Source: an uncultured Planctomycetaceae bacterium (lineage in GTDB: Bacteria; Planctomycetota; Planctomycetia; Planctomycetales; Planctomycetaceae). From it: a stretch of 64,000 bases of DNA. The stretch lies in NCBI GenBank assembly GCA_963976765.1, contig CAXBME010000004.1, positions 186,001 through 250,000 on the forward strand, written 5' to 3'. The position numbers and the translations under genes were made by a program. The number at the start of each line of letters is the position of its first letter. Within the stretch, counting starts at the first letter, position 1. Positions 30,152 to 40,344 of the stretch are shown here, piece after piece. The notes under the pieces are model-generated. The model made no database searches and was not told where the DNA came from. It saw only the letters and a list, made by a program, of their open reading frames with translations.

Positions 30152-31135
30152 ATGCTGAAAGCCGCAGTCTTTTCACTCAATGGAGAAGAGGGGCCACACA
30201 TCGCGACGCTCCGGAATGCGGGCTTCGAACTCGTTTTCAAGCCAGAAGGCAGCGACCTGTGGCGGGAAGATGACCTGATCGCGGCGATGGCTGGGTGCTC
30301 AGCCGTGATCGCTGGTTCGGAGCCGTACACTCGCCGGGTGGTTGAAAACTGCCCCGAACTGCGAATCATCGCGCGGAGCGGCGTCGGCTTTGACGCCGTC
30401 GATCTGGAAGCCTGCAACGAGAAAAGAATCCTCGTCACCACAACGCCTGGCGTGAACCATCACGCCGTCGCGGAGCACACCATCAGTCTCCTGATGGGAG
30501 TTGCACGCGACTTCCCGAAACAGGATCAGCACGTTCGGTCCGGGCAATGGATTCGCCGTGCGTTCCCGCGGGTTATGGGTACGTCGCTGGGCATCGTCGG
30601 GCTGGGACGAATCGGGCAGGCGGTGGCGACTCGTGCCCGTGGCCTGGGAATGAACGTCGTCGCGTACGATCCCTTTGCGAACAAAGAATTCGCGACCGAG
30701 TGGCAGATCGAACTGGTCAGCCTCGACGACCTTTACTCGCGATCGGATTACGTGTCGCTACACTCGCCGTCGACGCCCGAAACCGTTCATATGATCAACA
30801 GGGAATCACTGGCAAAAATGAAGCCAGGTTCCGTCCTGATCAACACGGCCCGCGGATCGCTGATTAACGAAATCGATCTGGTTGCGTCGCTGAAAAGCGG
30901 GCACCTGCGAGGAGCAGGCCTGGACGTTTACGAAGTCGAACCGCTGCCGACCGACAGTCCGCTGCTGGAACTGGACAATGTCCTGCTCAGCGGTCACATC
31001 GCGGGGTTGGACATTGAGTCTCACAACGGGATGTTCGGCATGTGTGGCGAGATTATCGTCGCTCTTTACAAGGGCCAGTGGCCAGCTGCCGAGTGCCTTC
31101 AGAATCTCCCCGGCGTAACAGACTGGACGTGGTAA
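30152..31135 (+). CDS. D-isomer-specific 2-hydroxyacid dehydrogenase (phosphoglycerate dehydrogenase-like, no ACT domain)
   Basis: GVGFDAVD, VAEH, GLGRIG, INTARG, LDVYEVEP, HIAG. Confidence 0.9.
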   Translation: MLKAAVFSLNGEEGPHIATLRNAGFELVFKPEGSDLWREDDLIAAMAGCSAVIAGSEPYTRRVVENCPELRIIARSGVGFDAVDLEACNEKRILVTTTPGVNHHAVAEHTISLLMGVARDFPKQDQHVRSGQWIRRAFPRVMGTSLGIVGLGRIGQAVATRARGLGMNVVAYDPFANKEFATEWQIELVSLDDLYSRSDYVSLHSPSTPETVHMINRESLAKMKPGSVLINTARGSLINEIDLVASLKSGHLRGAGLDVYEVEPLPTDSPLLELDNVLLSGHIAGLDIESHNGMFGMCGEIIVALYKGQWPAAECLQNLPGVTDWTW

Positions 31136-31192
31136 GTTCGGCTGAAAAAGAGTCAGCGGCACCGAATCAGAAATTGCTCGCCTGGCGTTTTT

Positions 31193-31756
31193 CTACTGCC
31201 CTGGTTTCTTCTTCGGGCGAAAGGCGACGAGGCGAGCTTCGTTCGTGGTGAGGAACGGGCCTTCGATCAGGTCGATGCAGTACGGAATGGCCGGGAAGAC
31301 GGCATCGAGACACTCACAGATCGCCTTCGGCTGACCGGGCAGGTTCACGATGAGTGCTCCGCCTCGAATGCCGGCTGTCTGTCGGGAAAGAATCGCCGTG
31401 GCAACTTTTTCGAGCGAGACCTTTCGCATCAGCTCGCCAAAGCCGGGCATCATTTTTTCGCAGACGGCTTCGGTCGCTTCCGGAGTAATGTCGCGTTCTG
31501 ACGGGCCGGTGCCGCCTGTCGTGATGACCAGGCAGCAGCCTTCCTGATCGCACAGTTCGATCAACGCCTGCTGGACGACGGCCGGCTCGTCGGGAATAAC
31601 TCGCGCGACGGGTTCCCAGGAGGATGAGAGCACTTCGCCGAGGTAATCATGAATCGCCGGGCCACCGCGGTCTTCATATTCACCTCGGCTGGCTCGGTCT
31701 GAAACCGTGACGATTCCGATTCGGGCGGTCGATGGTACGTTTTCGTTGTCAGGCAT
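31193..31756 (-). CDS. mog: Molybdopterin adenylyltransferase
   Basis: TVSDRAS, TTGGTG, DITPEAT, AILSRQTAG, NLPGQPK, AIPYCIDL. Confidence 0.93.
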   Translation of the reverse strand: MPDNENVPSTARIGIVTVSDRASRGEYEDRGGPAIHDYLGEVLSSSWEPVARVIPDEPAVVQQALIELCDQEGCCLVITTGGTGPSERDITPEATEAVCEKMMPGFGELMRKVSLEKVATAILSRQTAGIRGGALIVNLPGQPKAICECLDAVFPAIPYCIDLIEGPFLTTNEARLVAFRPKKKPGQ

Positions 31757-31932
31757 TTGCTTTGCTTCCGAGTTCAACGTTTCAGGTGAATGACCACTGG
31801 ATGGAAGCCTTGAAGGCTGGTGTGATCTCAGAATTGATTCTCGACAGGTCAGGCCCAGATGATCGCCGAGAGACGCAAATGTTTCAGGCGAGAATCAGCG
31901 TCTATCGGCGGTCAGGTTAAAGGATGGAAAAA

Positions 31933-32550
31933 TCACTCCGGGCGGCTCTTCCATTGCCACCATTCAGGTTGTTCGAAGATGTCGCTGACAGGAATCGTCA
32001 GGCCGGCGAACAGTGGCTGATCAATTGAGTCATCGATCCAGGCAGCCCCGGATGTCAGCACTTCGTCACGATGGAGGACGTCGACGTCGTCGGCTCCAGT
32101 GTGAACCGCAACTTTCAATTCCATAGGGTCAATGACGATGGAAACGGGAACGCCTATGTTCCGGTAATGAGCAATTCTGTCCGGCATGTTGCGACGTCGA
32201 TCGATGGTCGAGGCAACCTCAATGACAATCGCCGGCTTCGTGTCGGTGACGACCTTGTCGGTTTCGTCCCAGCGGTTACCGGTTACGAAGTAACTGACGG
32301 CTGGGTTGATGACGGTGTCGGGGGCTCGCTGGACGATGATGCCGAGGTCGAAGCACGCGTACCCAACCTGTTTTTCCTCGATCCATTGGGCCAGAAAACG
32401 CGACAGGTTGCGGATGACGTTTCCGTGCGCGTCAGAGGGTTGCTCAAGAATGACTGGTTCGCCCGCGATTAATTCTGACCAGCGGCCACCATCGGGGAGG
32501 TCGTACTTCTGCTCGGCAAACTCTTCAGCAGTCATGATTCTCTGGATCAT
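31933..32550 (-). CDS. Uma2 family endonuclease-like protein
   Basis: ELIAGE, HG, PDTV, IEVAS, Y..IGV, IDP, GLTIPVSDIF. Confidence 0.85.
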   Translation of the reverse strand: MIQRIMTAEEFAEQKYDLPDGGRWSELIAGEPVILEQPSDAHGNVIRNLSRFLAQWIEEKQVGYACFDLGIIVQRAPDTVINPAVSYFVTGNRWDETDKVVTDTKPAIVIEVASTIDRRRNMPDRIAHYRNIGVPVSIVIDPMELKVAVHTGADDVDVLHRDEVLTSGAAWIDDSIDQPLFAGLTIPVSDIFEQPEWWQWKSRPE

Positions 32551-32591
32551 TGCGAGATTGAATTTGGAGTTCGAAACGGGGAAATCGGATA

Positions 32592-33386
32592 TCAGACGTC
32601 CGCGACAGCAGGAGCAGGCTCCTCTTTCGAGCGGACTTTCATATTGAGAAACTCAACGAACAATGAGAACGCCATCGCGAAATAGATGTAACCTTTTTCG
32701 ACATGGGTGCCGACGCCTTCGGCCAGAAGCATCACGCCGATCAGCAGCAGGAAGCTGAGTGCCAGAACTTTCAGCGTCGGATGAGCCGAGACAAAATTGC
32801 TGATACGATCGGCGAAGGCCACCATGACTCCGACGGCAATGATCACCGCGGCGATCATAATGCGAACGTCGTCGACCATGCCGACGGCGGTGATGACCGA
32901 ATCCAGTGAAAAGACCAGGTCAAGCAGCGCGATCTGAACCAGCGCCGCCGTGAAGGTGATTGGAGTCCCGGAGCCCGTGAGATGGTGCTCGCCAGCGATC
33001 TGTTCGTGCATTTCTTTGACCGTTTTGAAGATCAGAAACAGACCGCCCAGCAGCAGGATCAGGTCGCGACCGGACACCGTTCGAACTTCGGTCAGCCTCT
33101 CCGCTTCGTGATCCGGGAACTGGGCGTTGGCGGCGACTTCGAACCAGGCATCCGGCGCACCGATGTCGGTCCACGCAAAGACCGGTGAGGTCAACTGCAT
33201 CACAGCGCTGATCCCGAAGAGCAGACCGATTCTCATCACAAGAGCGATCAGAAGACCTGTTCGACGTCCGGCGCTGCGCCTCGCCTCGGGCAGCCGATCG
33301 GTCAGGATGGCAATGAAGACGATATTGTCGATGCCGAGCACGATTTCCATCGCGGCCAGAGCGACCAGAGCAATCAAAAGGTCCAT
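32592..33386 (-). CDS. TerC family integral membrane protein
   Basis: EIVLGIDN, DLVFSLDSVITAVG, KGYIYFAMAFS. Confidence 0.93.
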   Translation of the reverse strand: MDLLIALVALAAMEIVLGIDNIVFIAILTDRLPEARRSAGRRTGLLIALVMRIGLLFGISAVMQLTSPVFAWTDIGAPDAWFEVAANAQFPDHEAERLTEVRTVSGRDLILLLGGLFLIFKTVKEMHEQIAGEHHLTGSGTPITFTAALVQIALLDLVFSLDSVITAVGMVDDVRIMIAAVIIAVGVMVAFADRISNFVSAHPTLKVLALSFLLLIGVMLLAEGVGTHVEKGYIYFAMAFSLFVEFLNMKVRSKEEPAPAVADV

Positions 33387-33602
33387 TGGGAATTCCGAAG
33401 TAACGACCGGCCTGCAAAGAGTCTGCGACTAACTCATCGCAAGTCGACCGGTTCAAAGGCCGTGAAAATGGCTCGTACGAAACCAGAGCTGTCGATCCAT
33501 TTACCACTCTCTGGTTTTCATGGGTGGCGGGATGCTGCAAACTCTATCGCTATGAGAGGCAAATTCCAGGCAACATCCTTCCTTCCTGAACGGCTTGTTC
33601 AA

Positions 33603-34907
33603 ATGTTAGAACACGCCTTGCTTGCTGCTGTCTTCGTATTTTTTTTCATTGTTGCTTCCAGTTCCTCGAAGTCGGCAGAGGTCAGGCAGGGAGTTTCTGA
33701 CCGATCGGTCACGCCAGTCAGTAAGGCGACGACTCGGGAGAAATGTTCAAACGATGTCGAGCCAGCTTCTCACGACGAAGCGCGCGTTGAGGCATTGCTT
33801 TCGGCACTTGATCCGACAGGCCGACAGGCGTCGGCGGCGGTTCCGATCCTGCTCGATTCGCTCCGTGCCCGTCAGAGTAAGGCCGGGCTACGGGAACGCT
33901 CAGCCATGATGCTGGCGAGAATCGGCGAACCAGCCAGGAACGCAGTTCCGGTGTTGATCGAAATTCTCGACCGGTCCGGTAAAGCGAGATCGTCCGAGCC
34001 GGTCGCGTCTGGTGCAAAAGAAGTGTCGACCGCTGCGAACACCAGTTACTGGTGTATGAAAAGTCTTGGTCGGTTCGGCCATGTTGCTGCCGATGCCGTG
34101 CCGAGCGTCACTGTTTTTTTAAGATCGCCAGAAACGTCGTCACAACTGCGAGTGCTGGCTGCCGACACACTTGGGCAGATCCGCACTTCAGCAGCGATTG
34201 GTGTATTGACCACAGAACTGATGAAGCCGCGACGGGCCAGCGACTACGAATCAATTCTTCTCCGACAGACGATTATCGACGGACTGGCTTTCGCCGGACC
34301 ATTGGCTGTGGGAGCGATTCCGGCGTTGGGGCGGGCAACCGAAGACGACAACGCGGATGTTCGTCGCCGGGCCTGCGACGCGTTGGGGGCGCTGGGACCT
34401 CGAGCCGAAGGGGCGATGAACTCTCTGTTTGAACGATTGATTCTTGACGAGAATGCAGCGGTCCAGGATGCAGCCGCGAACGCACTCGCCCAGGTCGGAG
34501 ATCCCGCCGTTGCGTCGCTGGTCGATCTGCTTGAACGCGGCAGTCCGGACGTTCAATGGCAAGCGGCAAAGGCGCTCGGACAGGTCAGGCCAGCCGCGAA
34601 GTCAGCCGTCGAATCTCTCAGACAATCGTTCGACAGTTCGTCAACAAAGGTTCGCATCGAAGCTGTTGACTCTGTCTGGAAGATTTCACGAACTCCGCAG
34701 ATGGTGGCGGCAGCTCTGGTGAAAACTCTGTCGGACGATGATCGGCAGCTTCGCCGTCGCGCGGCAGGTCTGCTGGTTGAGTTGAAGCCGCTGCCTCGCG
34801 ACACTTCCGTCGCACTTCAGAAACTCGCCGCAGACGGAAACGCTAACGAACGCCGGGCGGCAGCGTACGTGATTCAGGAACGCTCCCGGCGAGCGGCTCA
34901 GCAGTAA
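33603..34907 (+). CDS. Exported HEAT-repeat protein
   Basis: Repeated AVPxL...VRxxAAxALGxIG units; N-terminal hydrophobic segment; start uncertain. Confidence 0.85.
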   Translation: MLEHALLAAVFVFFFIVASSSSKSAEVRQGVSDRSVTPVSKATTREKCSNDVEPASHDEARVEALLSALDPTGRQASAAVPILLDSLRARQSKAGLRERSAMMLARIGEPARNAVPVLIEILDRSGKARSSEPVASGAKEVSTAANTSYWCMKSLGRFGHVAADAVPSVTVFLRSPETSSQLRVLAADTLGQIRTSAAIGVLTTELMKPRRASDYESILLRQTIIDGLAFAGPLAVGAIPALGRATEDDNADVRRRACDALGALGPRAEGAMNSLFERLILDENAAVQDAAANALAQVGDPAVASLVDLLERGSPDVQWQAAKALGQVRPAAKSAVESLRQSFDSSSTKVRIEAVDSVWKISRTPQMVAAALVKTLSDDDRQLRRRAAGLLVELKPLPRDTSVALQKLAADGNANERRAAAYVIQERSRRAAQQ

Positions 34908-34930
34908 CGTCGATCAACCCCCACGAACAC

Positions 34931-35758
34931 ATGACTCGAAAAACTCTCAGCGAAATTTCTCCGTCGGCTTTGGGGAGACCGCAGGACGATCCACAGTACC
35001 AGCGTGAGCTGACTTCGTATCTGGCGGAATTTCTGACACCGCACCGGAAAGGTCTACTTCAGCGTTTAATCCTTGAGCGGACTCGGCATCTGACTGTGGT
35101 TGTTGAGGATATTTGCCACGCTCACAACACCAGTGCCTGCGTCCGAAGTTGCGACTGTTTCGGCATTCAGGATTTCCATGTCATCGAAAATCGCAACCGC
35201 TTTGACGTTGCGGTCGACATCGCTCGCGGAGCGACGCAGTGGCTGACAATGCACCGCCACAACTATTCGGAAAGTCAGCCGGACAGCACGCGGGCCTGCA
35301 TCGAGAAGTTGAGAGCCGATGGGTATCAGATCGTGGTGGCCAGTCCGCACGACGCTAACTGCGATCTCGAAACGTACGACATTTCAAAGCCGACGGCGTT
35401 GCTGTTCGGAAACGAAAAGGAAGGCGTCTCCCCCAACGCGATGCAGCTGGCGACGCACATCATGCGAGTTCCGATGTACGGTTTTACGGAAAGCTTCAAC
35501 ATCTCGGTGGCCGTTGCCGTTTGTCTGCATCATCTCGTGTGGAGAATGCGACAACTGAATATCGACTGGCAGCTTTCCCCGAATGAACGAGAAGAACTGC
35601 TGCACGACTGGGTACGGATTTCGACAGGACATCGCTTGAAGGCTCTTGTAAAACGCTTCGTCGACGAACGATCGAGCGGCGGCAGGACGACTCAGCACGA
35701 ACCCTGGCCCGACTGGAACACCGTTCTGGCAGTTCACAATATTCATTCGACCACTTAA
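34931..35758 (+). CDS. trmH: TrmH/SpoU family RNA methyltransferase (tRNA Gm18-like)
   Basis: HNTSACVRSCD, LFGNEKEG, PMYGFTESFNISVA. Confidence 0.85.
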   Translation: MTRKTLSEISPSALGRPQDDPQYQRELTSYLAEFLTPHRKGLLQRLILERTRHLTVVVEDICHAHNTSACVRSCDCFGIQDFHVIENRNRFDVAVDIARGATQWLTMHRHNYSESQPDSTRACIEKLRADGYQIVVASPHDANCDLETYDISKPTALLFGNEKEGVSPNAMQLATHIMRVPMYGFTESFNISVAVAVCLHHLVWRMRQLNIDWQLSPNEREELLHDWVRISTGHRLKALVKRFVDERSSGGRTTQHEPWPDWNTVLAVHNIHSTT

Positions 35759-35820
35759 CATTCCGCAGTCCCATCCGGGCGAACATCAGATTCTGATAAC
35801 CCGTGACCAGGAGAGCTGCG

Positions 35821-36666
35821 ATGCCTTTTTTTGCCATTCCGGGAACGTACCACGTCAAAGGTCTCTCCCCCGACGGAGATTCGATCCGCTTCAAGGCAAC
35901 CGACCCTGATCACTGGAAGCTGCTTGATGGTCCGGCTGTTCGAGTTGATTCAAAACAGCGAGCACAGCTTCGGCTGGAAGCAATCGACGCGTTGGAGACA
36001 CATTATCGAGCGGGCGGCAAAACCTGGCATCAACCGAAAGAACTCGCCAACGCTGCAACTGATCGATTACTCGAAATGGTCGGCATCAGTAATGTTGTCT
36101 GGCCGGCGTCGCGATACCGGGTGGCGTCAGCCGACGATGGAACTCCGGGGTACATCCTGAGTCGCACGACCGAGAGGTATCGACGTCCAGTCAGCTTTGC
36201 GTACGCAGGCAAGTGTCCTTACAAGCCAGGAGCCGCCGTTAATCTGGACGCACCGAAACTGCAGAAGAGTGTTAACTTCAGAATGTTGACGGACGGTCTG
36301 GCTTATCCGACGTTTTACGAAGGGCTTTTTTACGACCTTCGCAACGACCTGGCCAAAGCAACGGTACAGGCTCGCCGTCGCAAAAAGGGCATCTGGAAAC
36401 ACGACAGGTCGGCAGCGTTGATACTGAAGGGAACCGAGTCGGTCACTGATGATCATCCGATTTTTCCAAAGTTGTTTCGCCGCCTCATGACGCACTATGG
36501 CGAGAACGGCACGTTCGACAACTTCAACGAGTACCTCGAAAGGCGGCGCGAGAGAACAGTGATCGTCTCCCTGGTCCACTTCACCCATTTCGATAATCAA
36601 ATCGAGCAAACGAAAACGCAACTGAAGCTGGTTCAGCCCGTCGAGAACATGGTTTTTCCTGGCTGA
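35821..36666 (+). CDS. Thermonuclease (SNase)-like protein
   Basis: DGDSIRF, RLEAIDALE, ERYRRP, GLAY, ARRRKKGIW; AGGAG RBS. Confidence 0.78.
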   Translation: MPFFAIPGTYHVKGLSPDGDSIRFKATDPDHWKLLDGPAVRVDSKQRAQLRLEAIDALETHYRAGGKTWHQPKELANAATDRLLEMVGISNVVWPASRYRVASADDGTPGYILSRTTERYRRPVSFAYAGKCPYKPGAAVNLDAPKLQKSVNFRMLTDGLAYPTFYEGLFYDLRNDLAKATVQARRRKKGIWKHDRSAALILKGTESVTDDHPIFPKLFRRLMTHYGENGTFDNFNEYLERRRERTVIVSLVHFTHFDNQIEQTKTQLKLVQPVENMVFPG

Positions 36667-36996
36667 CGCCGGATCCTGTCTTCAACGGCAAGTGGTGTCC
36701 GAGGTGTCGTGGTTGACCAGACCTTGATGCCTGCGGTGCGTTTGGGCGAGTGAGTGGGTGTCCAGACTTCGAGCGCCGCGTCGCTTGAAAATCGCAATAA
36801 GACCGGGATGACAGGCTGGGCATGTGAAGTGGCTTGGCGCGAGCATCTCGGGCTGTCGCTTTTTCGCTCGCCGATAAGTCACCGTCTTCGTGCAATTCCC
36901 GGAGCTGAATCGCGGTCAGGGGTGACAATCAGGTGCCGCGTCGCGGGCTTACGTTTCGCGGTCCATCCATCGCCCCTCCGTTCTCTGAGTATCTGA

Positions 36997-38211
36997 ATGA
37001 GCGAACCCCGAAACCCGAGGTATTACTCGCTGGACGCCTGGCGCGGGCTGGCCTGCCTGATCGTTGTGATTTTTCACGCCAACATCTACGGAGCAACGCC
37101 GGAGCTGGTCGAGACCGTTCGGGCCGGTGAGGCGAGTTCGGTAAGCGAATATCTGCTCTTCCTGACGACGCGATTCTGGTACGGAGTACCTCTGTTCTTT
37201 GTAATTTCAGGGTATTGCATCTCAGCTTCGGTCGACCGTCATCGTCAGCAGGACAGCTCGGTCAAGACCTACTTCATGCGGCGATTCCGCCGGATATTTC
37301 CGACGCTCTGGATATTTCTAATCATCGCCCTTCCGCTGACAGCGGCCATCGGAATGCTGGCCCCCCTGCTGATGAACGACGGAGTTCAGAGTTTCTGGGC
37401 GCCGTGGTGGTTTTCGAGCTGGCAATGGCTCGGCAGCCTGACTCTGACCGAAACCTGGCGATACCATCTGGTTGGCGATACTCGCAGTCTTCTGTTCGGG
37501 CATCTGTGGACGCTTTGTTACGAGGAGCAGTTTTACGCCGTCACTGGCCTGTGCCTGTTCCTGACTCCGAAACATTTCTACCGGTCGCTTGCCGGGATCA
37601 CCGCGATCGTCGCTGCATTGACGGTGCTTGTTCCCAGCCACCCGGCGTTTCGAGGTTTCTTCATTGACGGTTTGTGGCTGCAATTCGCGGCAGGAGTAGG
37701 TGTCTACCAGGTTCTGATTCACGGAACCCGAAAGCAGTCCTGGATTCTCGTCGGCGTTCTACTGGCAGCCTCACTGCATCAGCTGCTTCAGATGAATTCG
37801 TACTGGGATCTGGATCACCACCTGCACGAGTCGAACGTGGTTGCCTTTCTGTTTGCAATCCTTCTGGTGAGCCTGCACCGGTTTGACGCGACGATCGCGC
37901 GGCAGCATCTGGTGGCTCCGTTCACAGGTTGTGGCCTGGCCTGCTACAGCATTTACCTGGTCCACGCACCGATCGTCAAAGGGCTGTCACACGCATTGTA
38001 TCTGCTGGGCTTCACCTCACGACTCGACACGCTTCTGGTGACAATACCCAGTTGCCTGGTCGTTTCGGTCGTGCTGGGAAAGATGTTCCATCGCGGCGTC
38101 GAGCAGCGTTTTCTAAATTCGTCGTCCGCGACGACGCCCGTTCACGCTGTCGATTCGAATTCGTCGACCTCGACCGAACCTGCACCGATCGTCAAGCCGG
38201 CGATGGTGTAA
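36997..38211 (+). CDS. Acyltransferase family 3 (OafA-like)
   Basis: SLDAWRGLA..VVIFH, FFVISGY, RRFRRIFP, HLWTLCYEEQFY, YSIYLVH. Confidence 0.92.
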   Translation: MSEPRNPRYYSLDAWRGLACLIVVIFHANIYGATPELVETVRAGEASSVSEYLLFLTTRFWYGVPLFFVISGYCISASVDRHRQQDSSVKTYFMRRFRRIFPTLWIFLIIALPLTAAIGMLAPLLMNDGVQSFWAPWWFSSWQWLGSLTLTETWRYHLVGDTRSLLFGHLWTLCYEEQFYAVTGLCLFLTPKHFYRSLAGITAIVAALTVLVPSHPAFRGFFIDGLWLQFAAGVGVYQVLIHGTRKQSWILVGVLLAASLHQLLQMNSYWDLDHHLHESNVVAFLFAILLVSLHRFDATIARQHLVAPFTGCGLACYSIYLVHAPIVKGLSHALYLLGFTSRLDTLLVTIPSCLVVSVVLGKMFHRGVEQRFLNSSSATTPVHAVDSNSSTSTEPAPIVKPAMV

Positions 38212-38396
38212 AGCCCTCCCTGCGCAGCTGCCAGGTCCATTGCCCGAAGTCCGACTGAAGACGATACTCAGCGTCCACGTTACTTCTGATCGGAACGTTG
38301 TCGGCTGTCGCCCTGTTAAACCCGGTTCATCGTTTGCTCGATGAGGGGCGTCCCCACCTTCGCTGAGACGTTCGGCTTTGAAACTGAGGACCCGCC

Positions 38397-39026
38397 ATGC
38401 TTCGAATCGTCAAACTGACATTGTGTGTGACTGTGCTGGCTGTTTCTGCGTCGTCGTTCGCAACCGCTGAGGACACCAAAAAGGCAGATGAAAAGAAAGC
38501 GCATCCCATTTACGGCCAGACGATGAAGTCTCTGACCGGCAAGGAAACAAAACTTGCTCAGTTCCGCGGCAAGGTCATGCTGATTGTGAATGTGGCCAGC
38601 GAGTGCGGAGCCACTCCGCAGTACGACCCACTGCAGGGGCTCCACAAAAAGTATGCAGAGAAAGGGCTGGCTGTTGTCGGATTTCCCTGCAACCAGTTCG
38701 GCGGTCAGGAGCCGGGAACGGAATCCGAAATCGCTTCTTTCTGCAAGAAGAACTATGGCGTCGAGTTCGACATGTTCGGAAAGATCGACGTGAACGGCGA
38801 CAAGGCAGCGCCGCTGTTCAAGTATCTGACATCCAAAGAAAGTGGTCTGGAAAAAACCGGGCCGATCCGTTGGAACTTCGAAAAAATTCTGGTCTCCCGC
38901 AATGGTAAGCCGGTGGCAAGATTCGCGACGGGAGTCAATCCGGATTCGGAAGAAGTCGTCAAGGCGATCGAAGCTGAACTGGCTAAAGAAGCACCGAAGA
39001 AACGCGAAAAGAAAGCCCCAAAGTAG
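38397..39026 (+). CDS. Exported glutathione peroxidase (Cys type)
   Basis: NVASECG, FPCNQFGGQEP, WNFEK; signal peptide. Confidence 0.93.
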   Translation: MLRIVKLTLCVTVLAVSASSFATAEDTKKADEKKAHPIYGQTMKSLTGKETKLAQFRGKVMLIVNVASECGATPQYDPLQGLHKKYAEKGLAVVGFPCNQFGGQEPGTESEIASFCKKNYGVEFDMFGKIDVNGDKAAPLFKYLTSKESGLEKTGPIRWNFEKILVSRNGKPVARFATGVNPDSEEVVKAIEAELAKEAPKKREKKAPK

Positions 39027-39061
39027 TCGTCGATACCCGACGCTGACTTTTGTCGATTCCG

Positions 39062-39100
39062 GGCCGTCTCCCTGTTTACAGGGAACGGCCTTTTGATTTT
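39062..39100 (+). terminator. Rho-independent terminator
   Basis: GGCCGT-C-TCCCTGT-TT-ACAGGGA-ACGGCC followed by TTTTGATTTT. Confidence 0.8.
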
Positions 39101-39262
39101 GGACGAGCCTGATTACTGCTTCGCTTGTCCAGAGACCTGGCCGGTAACGGCTCGTGCAGAGCAGCGTCTCTGCGCGAACTTTCTCACGAACGTCACTGAC
39201 GCCTGACCGGTTACTTACTCGCGTGGCCGGACTCGTGACTGAATGATGACGGAGAGTTGACT

Positions 39263-40294
39263 GTGAAAGCGCTTGTTAAGAAAGAAGCGGCTGTTGGGCT
39301 GTGGCTCGAAGATGTTCCCGAGCCGGAAATCGGAATCAACGATGTGCTGATCAAGGTTCATCGAACCGGCATCTGCGGCACCGACGTGCATATTTACAAG
39401 TGGGACGCGTGGGCCAGGAAAACGATCCCCGTCCCGATGACCGTCGGCCACGAGTTTGTCGGCGAGGTCGTCGACGTCGGTTCAAACGTCAAGGACTTCC
39501 ACGTCGGTGAAATCGTTAGTGGCGAAGGCCACGTCGTTTGCGGCTTGTGCCGAAACTGTCTGGCCGGGCGCCGGCATCTGTGTGCTCACACAGTTGGCGT
39601 CGGCGTCAACCGCGAAGGAGCATTTGCCGAGTACATCTCTCTGCCAATGACCAACGTGTGGCATCACCATGAAGGGATTGACTGGGATATTGCGTCGATT
39701 TTTGACCCGTTTGGCAATGCAGTTCACACAGCGCTGTCATTTCCGGTGCTGGGTGAAGACGTGCTGATCACCGGGGCCGGTCCCATCGGCCTGATGGCGG
39801 CGGCTGTCGTTCGACACGCTGGCGCACGACACGTTGTTATCACCGATGTGAATCCCTGGCGACTTGATCTGGCGAGGAAACTGGGAGTCACTCGCGCAGT
39901 CAATGTGCGAGAACAGTCTTTGACGGATGTTCAAAAAGAGCTTGGCATGGCGGAAGGCTTCGACGTCGGACTGGAAATGTCCGGCAACCCGTCCGCTTTC
40001 CAGGGCATGCTGGAAAACATGTCGCATGGCGGCAAAATCGCGATGCTGGGAATTCCGGAATCGGAAATGTCGATTGACTGGAACACAGTGGTGTTCAACA
40101 TGCTGACCATCAAAGGGATCTATGGTCGCGAAATGTACGAGACCTGGTACAAGATGACGGTCATGCTGCAGAGTGGCCTGGACATCAGCCCGGTGATCAC
40201 GCACCGTTTTCACTACTCCGAGTTTCAGCAGGGCTTCGACGCGATGCTCAGTGGCAACTCTGGAAAAGTCATTCTTAACTGGACCGACCAATGA
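39263..40294 (+). CDS. tdh: L-threonine 3-dehydrogenase
   Basis: [43 protein letters not shown]. Confidence 0.96.
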   Translation: MKALVKKEAAVGLWLEDVPEPEIGINDVLIKVHRTGICGTDVHIYKWDAWARKTIPVPMTVGHEFVGEVVDVGSNVKDFHVGEIVSGEGHVVCGLCRNCLAGRRHLCAHTVGVGVNREGAFAEYISLPMTNVWHHHEGIDWDIASIFDPFGNAVHTALSFPVLGEDVLITGAGPIGLMAAAVVRHAGARHVVITDVNPWRLDLARKLGVTRAVNVREQSLTDVQKELGMAEGFDVGLEMSGNPSAFQGMLENMSHGGKIAMLGIPESEMSIDWNTVVFNMLTIKGIYGREMYETWYKMTVMLQSGLDISPVITHRFHYSEFQQGFDAMLSGNSGKVILNWTDQ

Positions 40295-40344
40295 TCGCCG
40301 GGCGATTGCCGACGACGACAGAAACGAATTCGAAGGGCTGAGTT

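Noticed and set aside
32592..33386. Tellurite-resistance (ter) island
   Set aside because: Lone TerC-family gene with no other ter genes; more likely a housekeeping metal-related transporter
38397..39026. Selenocysteine in the glutathione peroxidase
   Set aside because: The active-site codon is TGC (Cys), with no in-frame TGA
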